A stretch of 64,000 bases of DNA from Monocercomonoides exilis PA203 (lineage: Eukaryota; Protista; Preaxostyla): the NCBI GenBank assembly GCA_001643675.2, contig LSRY02000007.1, positions 1,922,001-1,986,000 of the forward strand, in the 5' to 3' direction. The notes below the pieces were generated by a model. It did not search any database, was not told where the DNA came from, and worked only from the letters and a program-made list of their open reading frames with translations. The position numbers were made by a program, and so were the translations under genes. Below, in pieces: positions 9,533 to 24,500 of the stretch; the first letter of the stretch is position 1; each line of letters starts with the position of its first letter.

Positions 9533-12500
9533 TTGCAAACGTTTCCTGCCATTTTAACATATGACATGTCAGAATCTGAATTCAGAACAAGAGTGATCTC
9601 TTTATCTGCTTGCTGTGCTGTTCTTCATTCTGCAAGCCAATCATTAGTCACCCAACCTGTCTATCAAGAAGTGTTTAAGACCATATCTCATATTTTTAAG
9701 CAAATAAATCAACAACGGTTTGGAAATTTCAATACCTTGTTTGAAATATTCATTTATTTTTTGAATAAAACACATAGCAACTTCTCAAAAGAGACATGGG
9801 CATCCATCTGCGATAGTTTATTTTCCATTGTTAACTTTCTTGTGAAGGCATCTTCAATTGTAAATGATATTGAAGAACTGTGTAACGCATTTGGATCCAT
9901 TTTCGATCCTTCGTTTTCTGATTCTGGGCAGATATTTGAGCTTTTGGACGGAAAACGATTACAAATTATAGCAAAACTACGAACGCACTTGAAGAAAGAA
10001 GAAAGTGGAGACTTACATTTTAGCTATCCAATATTTGCTCTTTCTGCTGCAGTAAACTTTCGAGTTTTTGATGTTTTATGGCGCTTAATTAAGAAGGAAT
10101 TGCAGATATTACCAGCTAAATCAACAGAATCTGATGAAAAAGAAGGGAAGAATAAAACAACCGAGTTAAATAACAAATCAAGACTTAACTCTTCTTCTCA
10201 ATTTCAAACAACAACTTCATCATCTTCAGCTCTGGAGAATGGTAATTTCAATGCTAAAGGGCAGGCTTCGCAGCAGGCACGTGCCTTTCCAAGTGTTCCA
10301 CCTTCTCTTCGAAACATCCAACAGCTTCTTCATCTGTTTGTGATGGCAGCGCACCACTTCACGCCTCGTTCGCTCGGATCCTTCTCAACAATGCTTCAGA
10401 GCATCATTGCATTTGTAGACAGCGCTCACACAGACTCAATAAAAGATGCAAATTCTCAAATAACATCATTTGAGGACTCAAAGCACGAATCCTATGTGAG
10501 ATCTGAAAGCGACTTTCATGAGCATGCAAAAGAAGTTGCTGATCTTGTGCCATTCGCAAAGTTTTTAACTGCGATGACTTGGAAGACTACACCTTTGCAT
10601 ACTCGAAGGCAACTTCTCCAATCAGAACAATTTCGTCCAACTTCATCAAAAGAAACGTCCAACTCTTCAATTTCAATAAGTGCATTACCTTCTCGTCCGT
10701 CTCCACTTTATCCCTCTGAATTTGTCAGCTTGCCAAACAAACTGAACTTTTCACGGCCACTCAATTTGGACGAACTGCCTCCTTCGCACGTTTCCACGCT
10801 CTTCACCATTTTGAGCTATGTGGAGGCGATTTCTCTTTCGCTGGCTTCAAATTCACCAGCCCATTCGCTGATTGTCGCATATCAGATGGAAATACGAATG
10901 CTTTGGCTATCTTCTCTTCTGCTCCGCACTCGCTCGCTCTCAAAGCGAATGGAAGGAGCAGAAAGAGCGGTAAATGCGCTGTGCAATGAAGAAAGCAGCT
11001 TAATAAAGAACAGAGGAAGTTACTCACTGCCAATTTTGGAGATTATGAAAGTTATTTCAGAAATGTTGACAAAAGAAGATATCGAAAAAAGAGAAGCAGA
11101 GAAAGAAAACGAGCAGAAGAAAGAAGAAAAAGAAAAAGGCAAAACAAAACCATCAAAGAAAGGCTTTTTTGAGATATTTGCATCAGCAAAAGCGACTGTG
11201 TTGCCGGCAAAAGAGTCACCTTTGAGAAATCAAATGACAGCTTTGACATCTTCCAAATCAAATTCCTCGCTGTCAACACAAGTTTCATCTTTTCAAACAG
11301 AAGAATCTTCTGCTTCAGATGCAGAAATTGGTTCCCAGCAAGCATTTGGCCCCGAGTCTTCATCGTCTCTATCAACTACAAGCAACCAACAAGACTTCTT
11401 TATTCGGCAACAAACGATTCATCTCCCGCAGAATCGTGTTTCGTGTGTCCGATGCATTTCTGTTTTGCCACCTTCGCTTCTCTTTTCACTTATCCACTCG
11501 CTTTCTCTGCTGCAGCTGCTGTTTCATCCGTCGTGCTTGCATCTCGAAGTGGTGAAGAGAAGTTTGAAGTTTCCGTTAGCGTTGGCTCAGATAAAAGAAA
11601 TTGGAGAAGAAGAAGAAGAAGAAATTGATGATGATGAAACATTTGAAGAATGCTGTGAAGAAAGATTTGTTGGAAATTTCAATCAAAATGAACCGAACAT
11701 CTTCAATAAATCTGAGAACGAGTTTTTGAAGAGAGAGAATTTGAGGCCATTGGTTGGATACAAATGGAGGAAGAAAATCGAGGAAAATGAAATTAAGCAA
11801 CTGAGAAAATTAAAAGAAAGACAAAGGAAAGAGAATAAAGAAAAAGGAGAAGAAAAGGAAGGATTAACTGTCTCTTTATCAAAATCAGATGAAACTGTCA
11901 ACGATGAGAATTACAAGACCTTTTGGAGTCGCGTTTTGAAAAGCAAAAGAAAGAAATGGATTTTGCTGAGTTTAAATAGAATAAGAGAAGAAGCAAGGAG
12001 AAAACATCCAAATTCAAATTTGGCAAACGAAAGAAAGTTGGAAAAGCGACTGCAAGAAGAGTGTTTTGGAGAAGTCAGAGAAGAAAGTGAATTTGTTTCG
12101 AAGAATCAAATTGAATCTGTGGAAAAGAGTGTTTCAAAAGAAAATCGATGTTTATCAGAAAGCCAAGAGAAAGAACGAAATTGGATGATACTTCCTTCTT
12201 TAAGTGATACGACCACATCTCTTCGGCCACCTCCTTCGTATGATTCACCTCTTCCAAGTTCTCATTCAAAGCCTGGTTTTAGCAGTTCTTCAATAACAAG
12301 TTATCGTTCAGTGAAAATGCATCGAAGTCTTGGTGCATCATCTCTTCGCTTGCTGTGGGATTCGAGTCGAAGTGGCAACGGAGTGAAAGAAAGCGAAAGC
12401 GATGATTGGCTGAAGGAGATGATTAGAATGAAGACAGCTGCAAAATGGATGAAAGAGCTTGGAAGAGAAATTGAAAGAGAGAAGAGAGAAAGAAGAGAAG

Positions 12501-15500
12501 AATATGAAGGGAAAATTCATGGCAATTCTTTGTTGGCTAACACAATTCTTTCTTCAAACTCCTTTTTTTCGATGAGCAGATGTACAAATTTGCCTTTTTT
12601 TGTGTATTCTTCACCATCCATTTTGCCTTTTGTGCATTCAATCCATCCAACATTTGCGAGTGAAGAAGTGAAAAGAGACGAAACAACTGATTTGATAAGG
12701 AAGCTTCTTTATGATTTACTTGAAATTTGCTCAGATGAAGATCTGATGATTTTGTTTGATGTTGTTTTGATGCACATATTTCGGAATGCCGTTGTCATCA
12801 TTCATCAAACAAGCAGGGAAAAGAAAGAAGGTAGAGATAGTAAAGGAAATAATGAAGATGATGCGAATGAGGAAAAGGATGTTATGAAATCAAAATTATT
12901 TGATTTGAGAGAGCAGACTGATGCTGAAGTTCATAACAGTTCAACAAATGCGAATCCTGCTTCAACAATGGCAACTACTTTTACTCCATCACGTAATGAT
13001 AACATTGTGGTTGCAGTTGACAAATGGGATGATTTTGATGAATTGGATCAATATTCATTTGTTCTCCCTCTGCTTTTCGCAGATGTTGAGTCTATTGAAT
13101 ATTTGTATGCAATTATCAAAACAGCTGTCAACAGATTGTTCTGTAAAACAAGCAGTACAAACATGAACGAAAGTAAAAAGAAGAATGAAAAAATAAACAT
13201 ATCATTGGATTTACCAGCTTCATCATCAACTTCCACTTCAAATTCGTTCACAACTACAAACACAACCATTTCCTCATCGTTACCATCCTCACAATCTTTG
13301 CCTTCTTTGTCTCAGAGTTTACCAAGATCTCAATCATCTCATTTCACCCAGTATTTTCCTCCTCTTTCTCTAACTTCGCCCGACTTCTGTACCCTTTTCA
13401 ACAAATTATCGGAGTCGCATCAGATGCTTCTCACAATCATAACCGAAGGAATAAATTTCTTTTTTTCTTTATTTCTCGATCCTTTTCATGCTTCGTCATT
13501 TTCTGATTTGACAGCGCTACCCCATTCCACTTTTTCGTCCCCATACGTTGCATACTCAAAGCATGACGGAATTTTCTTCTTCCTCAACAGCCACAACTGC
13601 AGTTCTAATGTTTATCATTTTATTTTTACACATCTTATCGAACTGCTTTCTTATTTTAATGAACTTACACCCGTGCAATTAGCAATTGACCCATCGACGA
13701 AGACAAAAAACAGCGCAAGACATTCTTCACACACTGCAATTGGGAGTGATAAGGCAGACACTGAAGGCGCTAAATCAGCCCATTCATCTTCTTCATTTCT
13801 TTCATCTTCGTCATTTGGTGATTCTGCCTTACAACAAAGTGCATTGACGTCCCCACATCATTCTCATTCCCATTCGCACGCCCACTCACACTTATCCTCA
13901 TCATCTTCTGCAACAAATTTGCTTTTTACTTCTTCGGATTCTTCAGATGCCACTGTTTATGTGGACCCTCTCCTCATTCGCAATCAGCTTGTTCCTTTTC
14001 ATGTGTTATGCTCACTGCTTCTATACTGCCATTCAATTCCTCAGATACTCAAACTCATTTTTTCGGTGTATTTGTGCAATTCTGATACGACAAACTTGCC
14101 TTCGTTGCAGTTCAAAAGTCTTCCAAATCTTTTGTCATATTTTGAATCAGATCTTCACCTCAGCAGCAAATTCATCTCGTTCATCAGAATTTTTCATGAT
14201 CGCTTCATTAAAAAGTACTCAGAAATATTCAAAGAACAAAACGCTTCTTCCAAAATTGAGTTTTCACCGGAAACAGAGATTTCTTCACAACGTGCTTTTC
14301 ATCAAACTCCTCATTTGTTATATCTTCTTTCTGATCAGCTCACATATTCTATTTCGCACAATTCCTTGACAGAATGCATGTCATCTTTGTTTCTCCTTTT
14401 CAATGACATGGTCCACTTTACAACTGTCACAATAACATTACCATTTCTGCTAGATCTATTTTCGTTGTGTTTCACCAATGCACTCTCAATCTTTGAGCAG
14501 AAGCTTGCCATTTGCCTTCTTTTGTTTATTGTGACATATGCGAACGCTCAAAACAGCTCTTCTTCGACTAATTCATCTATTTTGCCAATAGACTCAACAA
14601 TTACAACCGATATAAAATCTGCAGACCCAGCCAACGAACATTTATCTACAAATCGACGGAAATTCAGAAAGATTGCAAAACTTATTCTGTCCGAAGAAGA
14701 GCAGATAAAAACAAAGGCATCATCTTTCTCTTTGCCAACTCCAACTTCTTCAAACGAACCAAATCGAAATTCGCAAGGAGCATTTGAAAAAATGTTTGAA
14801 CAAATCAATTCTCTTCTTCCTCCGTTCACTTCATCGTACGCCTCTTTTGATAAATCCTCATCTTTTATTCAGGATCTTTCATTTTTTTTCTCTCCAACCC
14901 CTCTTCACGTACTGCCTCTGTTCTTTCGTTCTCTTCTCCTTCAATTCAATTTATTATCACCATCTCGAAGGTACAACTTGCAAGAAACGAATCTTCTGAG
15001 CTCTCCGTGGCAGGATTCTTTCAACATTTTGCAAGCAGATTCATTGCCAAAATTTTTCGACAACTCAACAGAAAAGAAGGATTCACAATCAGAGTCGTGC
15101 TCTTTTAATTCCAATTCTTCTCTCTATTATTCTGTTCAAGCACTTCCTGTTGACGTATTTCTTCTTCTTCGCAGCCTTTTCGATGCTGTTAGACATATGC
15201 GCTTTGAAAAACAGATGGAAAAGCAGAAGATGATTTCTCAATTTAAGGAAAAAGTGAAAGAAATTGAAAAGAAAATTGAACACATTCAGCGAAAGCGAAG
15301 AAGGAAGACATCAGACATCCTCCAACAAACAAAAGACCCAATTGGACCTTCTCTCAATCAGCAAACGAACGAAATGATGTACATTCAAGTGGGAAAAATT
15401 GAGAAAGATTGCGACACACAACTTTGTGTTGAAGAAGCAAAACTTGTAGCGGAAAAGGAGACATTTGTCAAGGAACTGAAAAAACTACGAAGAGAAATTT

Positions 15501-18500
15501 GCTTTTTACAAGAAGTTGAAGAAGATGGAAAAGACTTTTTATGGAATGTGGCATTATTAAGTCCGATACCGAAAAAGCAGCAGCCTTCTTTTCCTTCATC
15601 TTCTCCATATTCTTCTTCATCATCTTCATTTCCCAAAGCATCACATTCTCTTCATTCGCTTTCGCACTCAGCTATTCTTTCTTTTCTCGAGCCATCTTCT
15701 TTTCCTTGTGCTTCTCAACTTGCGCGCCTTTCATCTCTTCTAACTTCAATTTTATTTGATTCTCGTTCAGACTTGACATCTATTGCCTGCGTGGCTGATG
15801 GAATAGCGACACCTGAGGAGCAGCTCAAAGACTATTGTTACTCCTCTTTGCAGTCTCTTTCTGATTATTTGTCTGCAGCATCGCTGTTTGGAGAGAATTA
15901 TTTCGAGGATGCTACAGAAAATAACGAGGAGTTATTCGCCCAAAACATAATTCATTCGTCAGGAACAGCTTTCGAAGTGATACAGCAACAAACTCCAAAA
16001 GACATATCGCAGTTTGCTTTGAAATCCCCAACACCTTCAACTCCAACATCTGTTTGTTCGTTGTCTCCAATTGACACTTGCATATCTCCTTCTCCTCAAT
16101 CTCTTGAAACACAACTGCACATATTCTTATCTGCAAATAACAAATTTACGTATGCTTTTGAAAGCGTTGCAAATCAATTTATTTCATCAGTCGTGAAGGA
16201 ATTGCTACCACTTGCAGAAACAATGGACAAGCAAAAGAAGAAAGTTACCTCTTTTGGTAATCAAGAAGAGACTTATAAGCAAATATATACAAACCAAAGA
16301 GGAGACGAATCTGGCATTTCACGCTTGATTACAGAGGAAATGAAAACACGTGCAGAAAATGCTCTTTTGCTTCTTTTAGATTGGATACAAATGTTTAACA
16401 CATCGATTCATCCATCGCAAAGGCATCATTCAAATATGCCTCTCAGTTCAGCTTATCAGCAGGTGATTGATACGTCTAAACTTCAAGAGAATTCCAGTTC
16501 CTTGTCTTTGTTCAACACAAGCGATAGATGCGGTCCATTGAAGCAGTGCTTGGTCGTTGTTGATGTGACTGTTACATGTTCTTCTTTTGGAAGACATTCA
16601 TATCCCGAGCCTTCTTTTCTTCATTCTCCTTATTCTCAATCACATTTTAGCGAGGTTAGTTCATTAAACTATTCTTCCTTTCATCACTCAATAAATACCT
16701 CATCTTCCTACCTTTTCCCACCTTCTTCATCAACAGTTGCAACGTCTCCTTCCCCTTCATCGCTTTCTTTGTCTTCCTCTGCTTCATCAATACGCCGAAG
16801 AAGGAGCTCCAGAGATTCATCGCCAAATCAAAGGCATAGACACGCAAAATTACTACGTCTTCAGCCAAAATCATCATCTGGCTCTTGGAGTAAACATTCT
16901 TCTCAAGCTAACTCTTCAATTCAATCGAATTTGAAATATACCTCTTCATCTTCTTCCTATTCTTCTTCGAGATCATCCAGACGCTCGTCTATCAGCTCAC
17001 AGTCCCACATTCAGAAAATTGATATTCGACGAGAAATCCAATTACGGTTCATGTGCGACGAGACAGCTGATGTCCAAACGCTGAGATTAGCAATCCTTCG
17101 AAAGCTGAATATGCTTTCTTCATTTTCTTCCTGTTATCATTCCACCTATTCTATCCCTTCCTCCACAAATTCTTCGATTTCTGAGTTTAAAGAAGATCCA
17201 CATAATTCAAAGAATACACATAAAGGCTTGGACTTAAAGCAGTTTATTCCAATGCCTGTTCTTTTCCCCGTTTCATTTGGTGCTGAAAACTTTGCTGCAT
17301 TGTCTGACTCGACTTATCCACCTTCAGAGCATTCTTCTTCATCAAATTCACTGACCTATCTTCAACCTCTCCCATCGACCAAATTTGTGTCACTTAGCTT
17401 GAACCAAAATGAGTTGCAACACACAAATACGCCATTGATTTCACTTGCCCAGAACTCAAACATTATTAATCGTTCAACTTTATCAACAGGATCAACTCCA
17501 ACTGCTAATCCATCATTTTCTCAGAATCAAGAATCTGTGAGTTCTACTGTCCCCACTATCAACTTAACATGCTGTATCCACCAACAGATCCAGTTGACAC
17601 CTTATTCGTCTCAATCTCTTCTTGCATCGATCTCGGCTCCAACTTCTTCTTCACAGAAAACTCCAAAAACTTCTTCAATCCTTTATGTCACTCCTTTTGT
17701 AAACTTTAATAAAGAAGATGGTGATTATGCTTCTCTTTATCCATTCTCGACATTACCTTCCAGCTGCTATCCAACAGAAACCCTTATAAAGGAACATTTT
17801 ATACCAAAATTTTCAAAAACGAAAACTTTCGCATGCGATCATTTGAATTTATCAACAATATCAGACGAATCATTAAATTCCATTTCATCGCACAACGTTG
17901 AACAATTTGAAACGGCAGAAGACATGTCTGTTCAGGAGTTGCTTTTGTCAATGATAGATATCTGTCCTTCTATTTCAAGCGCCATCTCTCGAATTCTGTC
18001 TCTTCTGCCAGTTCATCCTGAAATCATCAGAACTCTGTCGATGAGCAAATCATTACCAAAAAAGCAGACAATTTACACAGAAAAAGATGTGAACTCTGAT
18101 GATTCTTACCAAAAAACCTATTCTGAAAGTGAAAACAACGAGAGCAATTCAATCAATACACCTGACAAATCATGTGAAGAAATTAAAGATCAAGAGCATG
18201 TCATCTCAATTCCAGTTCATTCCAAAAACAATTCACATATCATTCACAGTTGGACCCAGATCTTTGATTTATCTTGCCCACAGCAAATGCTATATTCTCT
18301 TCGTGCTCTTCATCAGATATTGGAGCAATCAAAACGAACTGTTTCGAATAAACATGATGTAGTTGGCTTTGATTCTTCATTGCCAGAAAGGAAACAGGTG
18401 CACATCCATTCGGGAAATGTTTACCAAGAAAATGAGAAAAATAGACAGATTACTACTATTTTAAGGACAACAAACGATAAGGTCAAAGAACAAAAATTCG

Positions 18501-21500
18501 AAGAATCAACAACTTTTGACGAATGGAGATATCGTTTCATTATTTCTGGTGGGCTATCTTCACTTCTTCTTATTCTTCTTCAGTTCGATTTCTCATCGCC
18601 ATCATATCCCATCACGATAAAGTCATCGCTTTTACATTCTCTAACACGTATCATTAGATTTTTCTTGAATTCTCTTCTTTCTTCTTCAACATCCATTGAT
18701 TCCACGTTATTGAGAAGTATTTTTGATTGCGTGCTGGGACAGATTTTCAAAAGTTTATCTGGATCTGATACATGGGATGAAAACAACAGAAAGTATATTT
18801 TGGTTATGATTGTTTTTAAGCTGTTATGCATTTGCGAATTGTTTTCGGTAACTCCATGGAAATCTAAGGAAGAAATAAATGCGACCGATGATATTATTAA
18901 CGACCGTGCAATAGAAAAGGAATTTTCAACTGGTCTGAAGAAATTAGTTGGTGAAACTTGTGACCAGTCTTGTTTTTCAGATGTTGTTGATGTACTAAAT
19001 AACTCTTTCACTGAACCTTCTCAGCCTTTCTTGACATCCTTATTTGAAGAGCTTCATTCCTGTCAGACTGGAGTCGATTGCTTTGATAAAATCAATCAAA
19101 AGATGACATTTCTGAGGAAGACCGATGGACTTCTTTTAATGTTTCACAGACATTGGCAATATCCCATTGCTAACTTAGAAAGACATCATAATAAATATTC
19201 AGAGGAAATTGGAGAAGATGGAATTTCTGGTGTTGTTAAATGCTTTTCAATCATTAAGCTGATATTTCGAATTATGAACCTTTACGATGATGCAGTAACC
19301 GAACTTGAAGAGAATCATCAAGAAAAAGACACAGACACACATCCTTTGCAACTTGTAGCTATGCCGTTAACATTTACAGTTTTCGCATCTCCGCTATTTA
19401 TGCCTTTCTACATTTCTCTTCTTCTTTGCCCTTCTTCTTCGTCTATACGTCATTCTTGGGGAATTCTAATTCAAAGCGTTATCTCTGGATTTTCTCACAA
19501 TCAACGCATTGATAATGATCATCTATTGCACATTCTTTCTCAATATCTCTTTTATCCACTTTTTTCTGCCGATTTATTTTATGATGCTGATCACTTGGCA
19601 GATTATTTCAAACTGTCTAATCAACTTATTGATCATATTGATTCGATAACATTTAATATGTTCAACTCGCAAACATTATGTAAAATTACACAAAATGAAG
19701 GAAAGCAGGCTATTGCGAACAACAATCGTAGCTATGTTGATGTTTCAGATATTTTGCTTATTCTTGTGTTTATTGTTCAACATCGTAGAACTCTGGAGAG
19801 TTTTTCTGTATCTTATGAAAATGTTTCTTCAGAATTAGAAAATGACTCTCATCCTTTGCAAAAATTTGCGATATCCGATTTGTTTATGATCCACAATTCG
19901 AATCTGAGTAAAGAACAGGCTGCTAATAACACTTCATTCAGAGATTTAGAAGATGAAAAGAGAATGATCTTTGATAAATCATCACATATTTCACATATTA
20001 GATCAGATGAAGTTCTCTGCTATTTGATGAAAGCCATTATTCATTGCATGAAAGTGCTCAACGATGCACAGAAAGTTTCATCTTATAACAGATTATGCAT
20101 GTCATTATCTTCTTCAATTGAATCATCAACTTTGAATGAAGACGAAATCCAATCAAATTCGCAGCTCGAGAAATGCTCCACAGTAGATATTTCTTCTCAA
20201 CAAAGAGATCCATTACCTTACTATCGTTGGATGTTTTCAGATATTCAGCAGATTATTGGAGATCCTTTATCTTTCAACTTTGTTCAACATATTTTCTGTC
20301 ATATGCTTTCTTCAGTCGATACAAGTGCGAATGAATCGTTTCCAGGAAATTCATTGCACAAGCATTCATCTGGAGGAAACAATAGTTCTCACATTGAAGA
20401 AATTTCAAAAGCTGCCCAAACATCATGTGCATCATTCGCAAATGGTGATACTTCTATTATTGCAATTAATAAAGGAAATCAACTGTTTAAATGTTATTCA
20501 GAACCTCAATGCATACAAGAATCAACTCGTAATTTAGCTTTTTATCTTCTTTTCTTTTTATGCAAAGGATGCAAACAAAATGTTCTTCTCTTAATTCCGT
20601 TCACATGCGCTGTTTTAATGAAAAATTGGAGAGATTGCTCAAAAGATAGGTTAAACATCTGGGATAAAATTGTGATTGAGTTTCATCCTTATCTTGGTGA
20701 AAAGATGAAGACTTTTCACTTTTCTATTTCTTCGGAGGAAGAAACTGAACGTTCATCAACAGGAAATAACAGAAAAGCTATTGCACAATGTTACGGAGAA
20801 CAAAATTTTTACAAACAAGCATTAAACTTTTATTTTAATAGAAAGCACTTGCAGTCTTCTGGAAAACAAAAAGAATCTTTATTAACAGCATTTAATTACA
20901 TCTTTTACAAAAAATTACAAGCAATCTTACCAATGGAAAGTCATATTTCCGATGAAGATGAAAAATCTCAGGTGGCGTTGTCATCAAACAAACAAATGGA
21001 AGATGATCTTCAACCATACTCCTCGGATTCATATGAGTGTTTGTTTTCACCTTTCTCAGTCTGCATTCCACCATCAGTTTCTTCATTTTACTTCGACATT
21101 AAACCACCGTCTCAAAATTCACTTTATTTGACTACACCAATTCCATTTTCATCAAAACGATTTGAGGGAAATTATTCTGAATGGATAGTTAATTCACTTT
21201 ATTCAAACGATTCATTTTGTGCACTGAATTCAAAAGAGTTAACAATTACATCAAAACAAAGTGCCAGTCCATCAGCTTCGACAATCACACACATTAGCGC
21301 AAAACAGAAAAACCATTCAAACGAAGTTCAGATGTCTATTGAAATGAGCCTGCTTGGAACTGGAACTCAAACAATAACAACAATTTCGCCAAATTCTACT
21401 TCGACACAATCTTCCTTTTCTTCTTCATCTTCAACTGCGCTTCAATCAAACAAACAAGAGCAAATTTCAATAAAACATGTTTGCGGATGTTCTGGGCTGA

Positions 21501-24500
21501 AGAACCTTGGAGCTTCATGCTTTGCAAATGCTTGTCTGCAACAACTGTTTATGTATTACCCATTTCGGTATTCTTTGTTTGTTCTGGCATTTGATGTGAA
21601 CAAGGTTTCAAAAAGAGAAGAATATCTACACCAAGAAGACGATGGGTATCTTGATGAAGCGAGTCCTTTGATGCAGTCTGAATTTTCTAATTCTTCAAAT
21701 AACAGTTTAACAGAATCTTTTCCGCATCCGAATATATTTTTACCTTTGTCAAAGATCCCTCCGTTTCTTGTTAGATTCATAAGTTTGTTTGCTTCGCTTC
21801 AAGAAACTCTTCGCCCTTCAATCGATCCAGTTAACTTTTTGTGTGAGCCTTATTTTCCTTCTTCCATGGTCAATGTTCATACTCAAATGGATGCAGAACA
21901 ATTTTTCTCAATACTTTTGAATAGAACTAACGAAGTTTTGAGAGAGTGGAAAAATGAAAAAGAAAAGAAAAGTATAGTTGAATCAGATGCACAAGATTCA
22001 TTCAACAACCAACAAAATAAGCCCAAAAACGATTATACATCAGAAATCAAAACTGATAACAATTATTTGAAAGAGAGCCCTGAAAAGAATAATTCAAAGC
22101 AACAAACATTCATTGAGCAGTATTTCGGCACTGAAATTATAAGTGAAATTGAATGCGAGAGGGGACACACATCAACAAATAAGGAGATATCCTACATGAT
22201 CCCTGTTGATGTCAAAGGTTTTGATGCGTTATCACAATCTATTATGACTGCCGCAATCGGTGAAACTATGGATGGAGACAACCTGTATTATTGCAGTCAA
22301 TGTGGAGCTAAAGTTCGAGCAGTGAAGCGTTGCCTGTTCGGTAATTTACCGAACATGGTTATTTTTCACCTAAAACGATTCGCATTTGATGTGACTTCAA
22401 TGACAAGGCAAAAAGTTAATGATAGATTCACATTTCCCGTTGATGAACAGCTACTCGACATGGAAATGTGTGTTCAAGATAGCCCGTTGAGACAGAAGAT
22501 AAAAGAAAAAGATTTATCCGAAGAAGAACTGAGTCAAAGAATTGATTCTTTTGTTAAGGATAAAATACATCAAGAATGCAACGATTTAAATAAAAGAGAT
22601 CATTATGTTACTTCTGATTCAACTTCATCATATTCATCCCTTCCAATTACTTCAGAGCAACAGTCACAATTTTCCAAAACTCAAAAACCATCAGAATATT
22701 GCTATCGTCTTGTGGGAGCAGTTTTGCATTATGGAACAGTTGAGCAAGGACATTATATCTCCATTGCCAAGGAACGCAAGCCACCGTATCGATGGATTAC
22801 ATTCAACGACTCAGTTGTTGAAGCAAATGAAAAGTTTAGCTTTGAAGCAGCATTTGGAGGAAGCAAATCTTCTGATGGGTTGGATGAAAAAATGAAAAAA
22901 AACAGCAACACCTCTTCAGAAAATAACAGTTCTGCGTACTTACTTTTTTACGAGCGAATATCCACAAAAGGAGTTAAAAACGATAGAAAATGCAGACTAA
23001 ATGTTTTGAAAGAGATACTATCTAAAGAAGATGAAAATAGCAAGAATCAAAACAAAAGCATCAAGAATCATAATGTTGATTCGAAGAATGATTTGACAAT
23101 TGGCGATCGCGACATTGCTACAAATACGACTATTTTTAGCAAACGTCTGGCTCTTAGCGATAATCAGTTTTTCTTCAGTTTTGATTTTCATAATGCTTGT
23201 CTCGACTCAACTCTACAGCAAGAATTAGTCCATCCATTTCTTATGAAATCGATTAAAATGGATAATTCAAATTTCATTCGTCATCAAATTGTGTTCAGCA
23301 ATGCTTTTAATGCAACTGTTCCATTCTTACTCAATGAAATGGCAAGCTTCATTAGAATTAATCATAACCAAAGAAAGATTTCTTTTTATGATGAGCCAAA
23401 ACATTCAAACAACGAGAATGCATATTTTTCTTCAAAGACAAAAGGAATTATTTCAGATATATCAACATTTGTGAAAGACAACGAACCTACTTTCAACATC
23501 GAAGATAATTGCAGTTCACTAATAAAGTTAAATGAGGCAAAGAAAAATAACGTGGCACAAAATTTCATTATATCATCTTTGCTCCAATCTGCCTTTGAAA
23601 TACATCCATTGATTGCTCATAAATTGATAAATATTACTCGCAATGTTGTGCCAACGTTGAATCCAATTACTAATTCAACAGAATTTTCGTTATCTCTAAC
23701 TTCAATTAAAGAGTCGAACAACAATCCGACCCAAACCGATATTCCATCTGGATCTTCTGTCAGTACTGAAAATTATAGCAATTTCACGATGAATGCAGAG
23801 AATGTTGCATCAATGTGTTTAATTTTTCTTCATTTTCTTCTTGATAATTACGTTCATTCTCCGTTCCATCCCCATTTTGCAAGCTGGATGCGTAATTTGC
23901 AGTTGGTTGCAGAGGAAAATTACATCTTTTCTTATCTTGTCATACTCACGTTTGTTACACAAATGATTGGTGAGCATATCGAAGTGAAACATGCAAGAAA
24001 GAGAAGAATCAGCAGAGCTGGAAGACAAAGAAATCAAGATGACAAAGAAAGGCGCGAATCTTCTTTTAACGAAGGAAAAGAAGAAGACGATTATGAATAT
24101 GATTTTGATGAATCATACATCAAATCTGATTATTCATTGAATACAGCAATAATTGACTCTCTTAAACAATCATCCTCCGAAAGTGCTAAAAAGACTCCGT
24201 TGCCTAGTTCTTCATCAATAAATACGTTTGCGTTTGATCAAGCACCAAACGCAACAGATTTTTCATTCTTTCAAAATCAAATCAAAACTCCTTGGCTGAA
24301 AGCAATGTATTTTGGTTGTCCTGATTTTTGTGCAGTTTTACAAACTTCTCATATGATATTTACAGCAATGCAAACGTTGTTTGTATTTGGAGTTTGGGAA
24401 GAAATGGAACTCAGATGGAAAAAATCTCATTCTTTTGAGAAAGAAACGAACCAAAAACATGATCAACAGAAAGGCGATCATAAGATTGAACTTAAAGATG

